A stretch of 64,000 nucleotides of DNA, from assembly GCA_051746185.1 (NCBI GenBank), contig JBNJEV010000007.1:26451-90450 (forward strand), written 5' to 3'. The notes beneath the pieces were generated by a model. The model did no database searches. It was not told the DNA's origin and worked only from the letters and a program-made list of their open reading frames with translations. Shown one piece after another: positions 58,965 to 64,000 of the stretch (position 1 is its first letter; every line of letters starts with the position of its first letter). Made by a program: the position numbers and the translations under genes. This stretch comes from Bacteroidota bacterium (GTDB taxonomy: Bacteria; Bacteroidota; Bacteroidia; Bacteroidales; GCA-2748055).

Positions 58965-59867
58965 TTAAAAGTTTATTTTCAGGTGCATTTTTTGCAGATC
59001 TTCCCGGAGAAACAGGATCCCCATCCTGAACAGGTCCACACTTACTTTGACCTGCGGCCATGAGATCACCTCCTTCCAGGCTTTTTCCATTTCCTTTGAC
59101 CAGTAGATGTCATCCAGAACGATCACCCCGTCCTCCCCTGCCCTGGAAAGGATCATGCGCATATACCATATCACCGGTTCGTAGCGGTGGTTGGCATCGA
59201 TAAATGCCAGGAATCTCCCCCTGAGCTGGGGAAGGAACTCCTCCAGTTTCCGGTCCATCGGTCCCCAGTGAATGGAAACCTGTTCCAGTCCGCACCTGCA
59301 TGCCAGTGATGCTGCCATGGCTGCCTTTTCCGTATTTCCCTCCATGCTGTGCAGGGGGACCCGGGGTGCGCCCGAGCCGAGATAGAGGGTACTGATCCCC
59401 ACTCCTGTGCCCAGCTCCAGGATCATCTCCGGGCGGAACCACCCAGCGATCCTGTAAAGCAGCGCTCCGTACCGGGGGGTAACCGATGAGCCCCTCACAA
59501 AAGAACGAACGGTCCTTTCCTCCGACCGGTCCACCCTGGAGCCGGCACCTTTTCGATGATCCCCGGACAACCCTCCGCATTCGGGATCCATCTTCCCGGC
59601 CGGACCTCTTCTCCCGGGATCCGTCTTCCCCTCACCCGCAGGCTTCCGGACGGACCGGGACCACAGCCTGTCTTCCGGGATCAGCGAATCATCCTCCCGG
59701 AGCTCACGGTGTATGCGGACAATTTCTTCGGGAACCTCCATCCCGCGGGCATTGAACAGGATCTCATGGACGAATTCGAAAACATAAGGCGAGTGGATCC
59801 CTCTTCCTTTCCGGTGACGGATGCAGAACAGGTGTCCCAGGTATTTGACGATTCTCCGGATCATCAC
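58965..59867 (-). CDS. Class I SAM-dependent methyltransferase with a Gly/Pro/Arg-rich insertion
   Basis: 300 aa. ILELGTGVGISTLYL is the SAM motif I and VIVLDDI is also present. Residues ~66-102 form a low-complexity insert containing a 33-nt duplication. Confidence 0.75.
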   Translation of the reverse strand: MMIRRIVKYLGHLFCIRHRKGRGIHSPYVFEFVHEILFNARGMEVPEEIVRIHRELREDDSLIPEDRLWSRSVRKPAGEGKTDPGRRGPAGKMDPECGGLSGDHRKGAGSRVDRSEERTVRSFVRGSSVTPRYGALLYRIAGWFRPEMILELGTGVGISTLYLGSGAPRVPLHSMEGNTEKAAMAASLACRCGLEQVSIHWGPMDRKLEEFLPQLRGRFLAFIDANHRYEPVIWYMRMILSRAGEDGVIVLDDIYWSKEMEKAWKEVISWPQVKVSVDLFRMGILFLREDLQKMHLKINF

Positions 59868-59916
59868 ACATCAATTGATGGGGTAAAATGCTAATTTTAC
59901 ACAAATTGCTCCACCG

Positions 59917-62019
59917 ATGCAACAATATTTGCAACAGGACATCCAATTTCTCCAGGGGGTGGGACCCAAACGGGCCGAATTGCTGAAAGAGGAGCTGAAC
60001 ATCCATACCTTCGAGGACCTGATCACCTATTTTCCTTTCAGGTATGTGGACCGTAGCAGGTTCTACCGCGTCTCGGAGGTGACCACCGATATGCCCTACA
60101 TCCAGATCCGGGGAAAGATCACCGGGTATACCACCATCGGGAAAGGCAACAGGAAACGGCTGGTCGCGGGTTTTACGGACGGGACCGGTCACCTTGAGCT
60201 GGTCTGGTTCAGAGGGATGAAATGGATCCCTGAAACCTATCCCGTCCAAAAGGAGGTGGTGATATTCGGAAAACCCACCTATTTCAACCGGAGGATCAAT
60301 GTGGTCCATCCTGAAATAGAGGATCCCGATAAAAAGCATGAGGTCTCTTCCAGGCTCCAGGCGGTCTATTCAACCACCGAGAAGCTGAAGGACCATTACC
60401 TGAATACCAAAGCCATCAGCAAACTGCAGGCCAACCTGATCAAAAACCTGCCCGCCGCTTTCGAAGAAACCCTGCCTGCGTGGCTCCTGCAGAAGCTGAA
60501 CCTGGTGAATCTGGACACCGCCCTGCGGCAGATCCATTTTCCCGATACCCCCGCCCAGTACAAAAAGGCGGAGCTCAGGCTGAAATTCGAGGAACTGTTT
60601 TATATCCAGCTCAACATCCTGCAGAGCAAGACTTCAAGGAACAAACGATTCAGGGGAAATATATTCGGCACAGTCGGCGATCAGTTCAACACCTTCTACC
60701 GGGACTTTCTGCCTTTTGAACTGACTTCCGCACAGAAAAGGGTGATGAAGGAGATCCGCAGGGACATGGGATCGGGCCGGCAGATGAACCGTCTGCTGCA
60801 GGGGGATGTGGGCAGCGGGAAGACCCTGGTGGCACTGATGTCCATGCTCATTGCCATTGACAACGGTTTCCAGACCTGCATCATGGCCCCCACAGAAATA
60901 TTGGCTCAGCAGCATTACCGGAGCATTACCGCTTTTTTGGGGGGAATGGACCTTCAGGTCAGGCTGCTGACCGGGTCCACAAAAAAGGGGGAAAGGGAGG
61001 AGATCCACGAGGGCCTGCTGGCAGGGAGCCTTCCCATTTTGATCGGCACCCATGCCCTGATCGAAGAGTCGGTCCGGTTCAAAAACCTGGGGCTGGTGGT
61101 CATCGACGAACAACACCGTTTCGGGGTGGCACAGCGGGCCAGGCTCTGGAAAAAAGCCGAGGTGCTTCCCCATGTGCTGGTGATGACCGCAACCCCCATA
61201 CCCCGCACCCTGGCCATGACCCTGTACGGTGACCTGGACGTGTCGGTGATCGATGAGCTTCCTCCCGGACGCAGGCCCGTGATCACCAAACACTCCTATG
61301 ATTCAAAGCGCCTGCAGGTTTTCGGCTTTTTGAAAAAACAGCTGGCCGAAGGCCGGCAAGCCTACATTGTCTATCCCCTGATCAGGGAATCCGAGTCCAT
61401 GGACCTGAAAGACCTTGAGGACGGCTATGAAAGCATCTCCAGGGCCTTCCCGCCCCCTGAATACCAGGTCAGCGTGGTCCACGGGCAAATGAAACCGGAA
61501 GAAAAAGAGATCTCCATGAAACATTTTATGGACGGCCGGACACACATCATGGTGGCCACCACGGTGATCGAGGTGGGCGTGGATGTACCCAATGCCACGG
61601 TGATGATCATTGAAAGTGCCGAACGGTTCGGCCTTTCGCAGCTGCACCAGCTCCGGGGACGGGTAGGCCGGGGGGCAGACCAGTCCTACTGCATTTTGAT
61701 GACCGGCTACAAGCTGTCGGAGGAGGCGAAAAAACGGATCGGGACCATGGTGGCCACCCACGACGGGTTCGAGATCGCCGAGGTGGACCTGAAGCTGAGG
61801 GGCCCCGGCGACATCGAAGGCACCCAGCAGAGCGGTGTGCCCTTCAACCTGAAGATCGCCCACCTGGGAAGGGACGGACAGATCCTGCAGCTGGCGCGTG
61901 ATACAGCCGAGAATATCATAGAAGAAGATCCCGACCTGACCCTGGAAAAGAACTGGCTCTTTGCCAGACACGTCAAGAAAGGGAGTCCCGACCGCATCGA
62001 CTGGGGGAGTATCAGTTGA
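59917..62019 (+). CDS. recG: ATP-dependent DNA helicase RecG
   Basis: 700 aa. A wedge domain, then GDVGSGKT, DEQHRFG, TATPIPRT and QLHQLRGRVGRG. Confidence 0.95.
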   Translation: MQQYLQQDIQFLQGVGPKRAELLKEELNIHTFEDLITYFPFRYVDRSRFYRVSEVTTDMPYIQIRGKITGYTTIGKGNRKRLVAGFTDGTGHLELVWFRGMKWIPETYPVQKEVVIFGKPTYFNRRINVVHPEIEDPDKKHEVSSRLQAVYSTTEKLKDHYLNTKAISKLQANLIKNLPAAFEETLPAWLLQKLNLVNLDTALRQIHFPDTPAQYKKAELRLKFEELFYIQLNILQSKTSRNKRFRGNIFGTVGDQFNTFYRDFLPFELTSAQKRVMKEIRRDMGSGRQMNRLLQGDVGSGKTLVALMSMLIAIDNGFQTCIMAPTEILAQQHYRSITAFLGGMDLQVRLLTGSTKKGEREEIHEGLLAGSLPILIGTHALIEESVRFKNLGLVVIDEQHRFGVAQRARLWKKAEVLPHVLVMTATPIPRTLAMTLYGDLDVSVIDELPPGRRPVITKHSYDSKRLQVFGFLKKQLAEGRQAYIVYPLIRESESMDLKDLEDGYESISRAFPPPEYQVSVVHGQMKPEEKEISMKHFMDGRTHIMVATTVIEVGVDVPNATVMIIESAERFGLSQLHQLRGRVGRGADQSYCILMTGYKLSEEAKKRIGTMVATHDGFEIAEVDLKLRGPGDIEGTQQSGVPFNLKIAHLGRDGQILQLARDTAENIIEEDPDLTLEKNWLFARHVKKGSPDRIDWGSIS

Positions 62020-62041
62020 ACCAGAAACCGAACCATAAAAA

Positions 62042-63118
62042 ATGTCTGTGAACGGTCAGCCACATCAGCTGGAAACAGCTCCAAAAACAGGTGATCCGGG
62101 ATCACTGCCTGTTTTTTTCATTGTAGCCCGCGGAAGGTCGGGATCCACACTGCTGCGTTTTCTCTTTGATGCCCATCCGCATGTAATGATCCCCATGGAG
62201 TCCCGGTTCGTTCAGTTCCTGTATTATCAATACGGTCATGTGAAAAAATGGACCGTGGAAATTGCCGAACAGGCGATCCATGATCTTGAACACTCATTTG
62301 AACCACCCGGATTACACCAGGAAAATTTGAAAGAACAGATCCGGGCACATGCATCCAACCTCTCATTTGCATCCCTCTGCAAACTCATCTATCTGAACAC
62401 CCGTACGGAATTTCCAAAGAAAGGGATCCGGGCCCTCGGCGATAAAAATCCCAGGTATACCTTTTTCATACCCACATTGCTTCAAATATTCCCGGAAGCC
62501 AAATTCATTCACCTGATCCGTGATTACAGGGACAATGCTGCTGCCATTCAGCGTGCTGCGGAAAGCATTCATGAATCCGGGCATCCTTGCATTTCCCTGG
62601 GCCGGTGGAAACTATACAACCGGGTGATTTTCCGCTACCGGGAGAAATACCCAGATAAATTCTGTACGGTGCGCTTCGAGGACCTGGTCGCCCGGCCAAA
62701 ACAGGAGATGGAAAGAGTGTGCAGATTCCTGGGACTGGATTTCATGCCCCAAATGCTGAATTATCGCCGGCACATCCAACGGTATTACGCGGATAAAGAT
62801 TTTCAATCACTGCACCGGAGCCTCGAACTGGATTTCGATACCTCAAAGATCGGGGAGTGGAAAAAATTCCTCGACCGGAAGACGGTCATCCGCTGCGAGG
62901 TCCTTGCCGGCACTTTCCCGCTCAAATTCGGATACAGGCCGGAATTTGATGTAAAACCACTCAGGAAATTCTGGATCAACCTGATCTTCCTTCCCCTCGC
63001 TTTGCTGGGACAGATCAGATATGCCCTGAAGATCCCCCTGTACAGGTCCCGAAGGCTGATGCAATTTTCCTACCGGCTTATATTAAGGATAAAACGATGC
63101 GACAGAGAAAGAACCTGA
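62042..63118 (+). CDS. Sulfotransferase family protein with a C-terminal hydrophobic helix
   Basis: 358 aa. The PAPS 5'-PSB loop is ARGRSGSTLL and the 3'-PB-like motif is IHLIRDYRD. A C-terminal TM-like segment is FWINLIFLPLALLGQI. Confidence 0.8.
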   Translation: MSVNGQPHQLETAPKTGDPGSLPVFFIVARGRSGSTLLRFLFDAHPHVMIPMESRFVQFLYYQYGHVKKWTVEIAEQAIHDLEHSFEPPGLHQENLKEQIRAHASNLSFASLCKLIYLNTRTEFPKKGIRALGDKNPRYTFFIPTLLQIFPEAKFIHLIRDYRDNAAAIQRAAESIHESGHPCISLGRWKLYNRVIFRYREKYPDKFCTVRFEDLVARPKQEMERVCRFLGLDFMPQMLNYRRHIQRYYADKDFQSLHRSLELDFDTSKIGEWKKFLDRKTVIRCEVLAGTFPLKFGYRPEFDVKPLRKFWINLIFLPLALLGQIRYALKIPLYRSRRLMQFSYRLILRIKRCDRERT

Positions 63119-63615
63119 TCAGGTCCATGTGGGTCGCAGTACCCGTTGTGTTGCTCATCCTGCTGCTGTTCCCGCTCTGGATCAGCAGCATCAGGCCCGG
63201 AGTCAGCATCCCCCGCCGGCATCTGGATTCCCTTGCCCGGCTGGAAGAGACCGCACTTCAGAGGGGAGAGTATCCCGTGGGGGCCCTGGTCGTGTATAAG
63301 GGCAGCATCATCGGGTCAGGATTCAACACCTTCAGGGATCTGAACAATCCCATGGGACACGCAGAGATCAATGCGATCGAGGATGTATTTGAATCCATGC
63401 ATTATATGGAATTCAGGGCCCTGAACAGGGACAGCCTGATGTTGATCAGCTCCTATGAACCCTGTATGATGTGCAGGGGTGTAATCAATCATCTGGATGT
63501 CCGGGAGATCTATTATGTCCGGTCCAAGAAGTTCAGGATCCGGCTGAAGTACCTGTACACAGATTTCCGTTATTATATTCGGTTGCGGAGGATCAGAAGA
63601 CCGGATCATCAATAG
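63097..63615 (+). CDS. CDA-fold nucleoside/nucleotide deaminase (TadA/guanine-deaminase-like) with an N-terminal TM anchor
   Basis: 172 aa. HAEINAIE and EPCMMCRGVI are the zinc motifs. The N-terminal WVAVPVVLLILLLFPLWISSI is hydrophobic. An alternative start is the ATG at 63127. Confidence 0.7.
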   Translation: MRQRKNLIRSMWVAVPVVLLILLLFPLWISSIRPGVSIPRRHLDSLARLEETALQRGEYPVGALVVYKGSIIGSGFNTFRDLNNPMGHAEINAIEDVFESMHYMEFRALNRDSLMLISSYEPCMMCRGVINHLDVREIYYVRSKKFRIRLKYLYTDFRYYIRLRRIRRPDHQ

Positions 63616-64000
63616 ATATCCCTCTCCCCTGAAAGTCTTTGCTTTATCCTGTGGATGAGCGTTTCCGCCGGGGATCTCCGGACAATATCCTTTTCGCAGT
63701 GACGGCAAAGGATATCGGCATCCGGCCGGAGCAATGCCTTCTGCAGATCCCGGAATTCCCTTCCGGAGTAAAGCCCTGCATAGGTCCCGGTAAGCAGATT
63801 TCCCAGGATATGTTTCATCGACCAGTCCATGTGGCACAGCACTACGTCTCCGTTGGGCAACAGAATGTTGTGGTGGAAATCCTGGCACTCTTGCAGGATC
63901 CTCCCCCGGTTGACCACACGGTATTCCTGGCCGGTAACCACCGTGCCGGCCCGGTTGTTCAATCCGAATCTGTTCACACCGGCCCGGTATTCCTGCAGGA
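63609..64000 (-). CDS. Radical SAM enzyme, C-terminal SPASM/twitch-like part (5' end beyond the window)
   Basis: The reading frame stays open to position 64000, so the GTG at 63977 in the track is not the real start. LLPNGDVVLCHMD...LGNL...LCRHCEKD resembles the auxiliary-cluster tail of SPASM-domain enzymes. Confidence 0.55.
   Translation of the reverse strand, partial: LQEYRAGVNRFGLNNRAGTVVTGQEYRVVNRGRILQECQDFHHNILLPNGDVVLCHMDWSMKHILGNLLTGTYAGLYSGREFRDLQKALLRPDADILCRHCEKDIVRRSPAETLIHRIKQRLSGERDIY

Overview
This is a core chromosomal segment of a Bacteroidota-type genome. Supporting signs are a hybrid two-component sensor with AraC output, DUF4199, a 287-aa sigma-A, Rho with a long disordered insert, TAnnTTTG -7 promoter boxes and essentially no Shine-Dalgarno signal. 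I call about 55 protein genes, nearly all housekeeping: gap, aconitase, miaA, an ilvD-ilvB-ilvN-ilvC operon, trkA/trkH, comEC, def-ruvX, PFOR (nifJ), rho, rpoD, rlmI, recQ, guaB, a SurA/PPIase/OstA-like envelope cluster and recG. One RNA gene is invisible to the ORF track: a 97-nt SRP (4.5S) RNA at 23785-23881 (-) with its own -33/-7 promoter. I saw no tRNA, rRNA, CRISPR, transposase, integrase or recognisable defence genes. I did not find a convincing multi-gene novel system. The items most worth a second look are: (1) a gene-free roughly 800-bp region (13813-14611) holding a 38-nt tandem array that folds back on two inverted copies, next to an AT-rich island; (2) a 21-codon Ile/Leu/Val-rich leader peptide plus terminator upstream of ilvD; (3) a recQ-DUF5063-WRN-like exonuclease operon; (4) a sulfotransferase / TM-anchored deaminase / radical-SAM-SPASM group cut by the right window edge; (5) a DUF1987 (SiaC-like) gene co-transcribed with an orphan MacB-type permease; (6) a free-standing 41-codon lipoprotein gene. 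Many long ORFs in the track are antisense shadows of real genes, or N-terminal over-extensions, and were rejected or trimmed. All family assignments come from motif recognition by eye, not from database searches.
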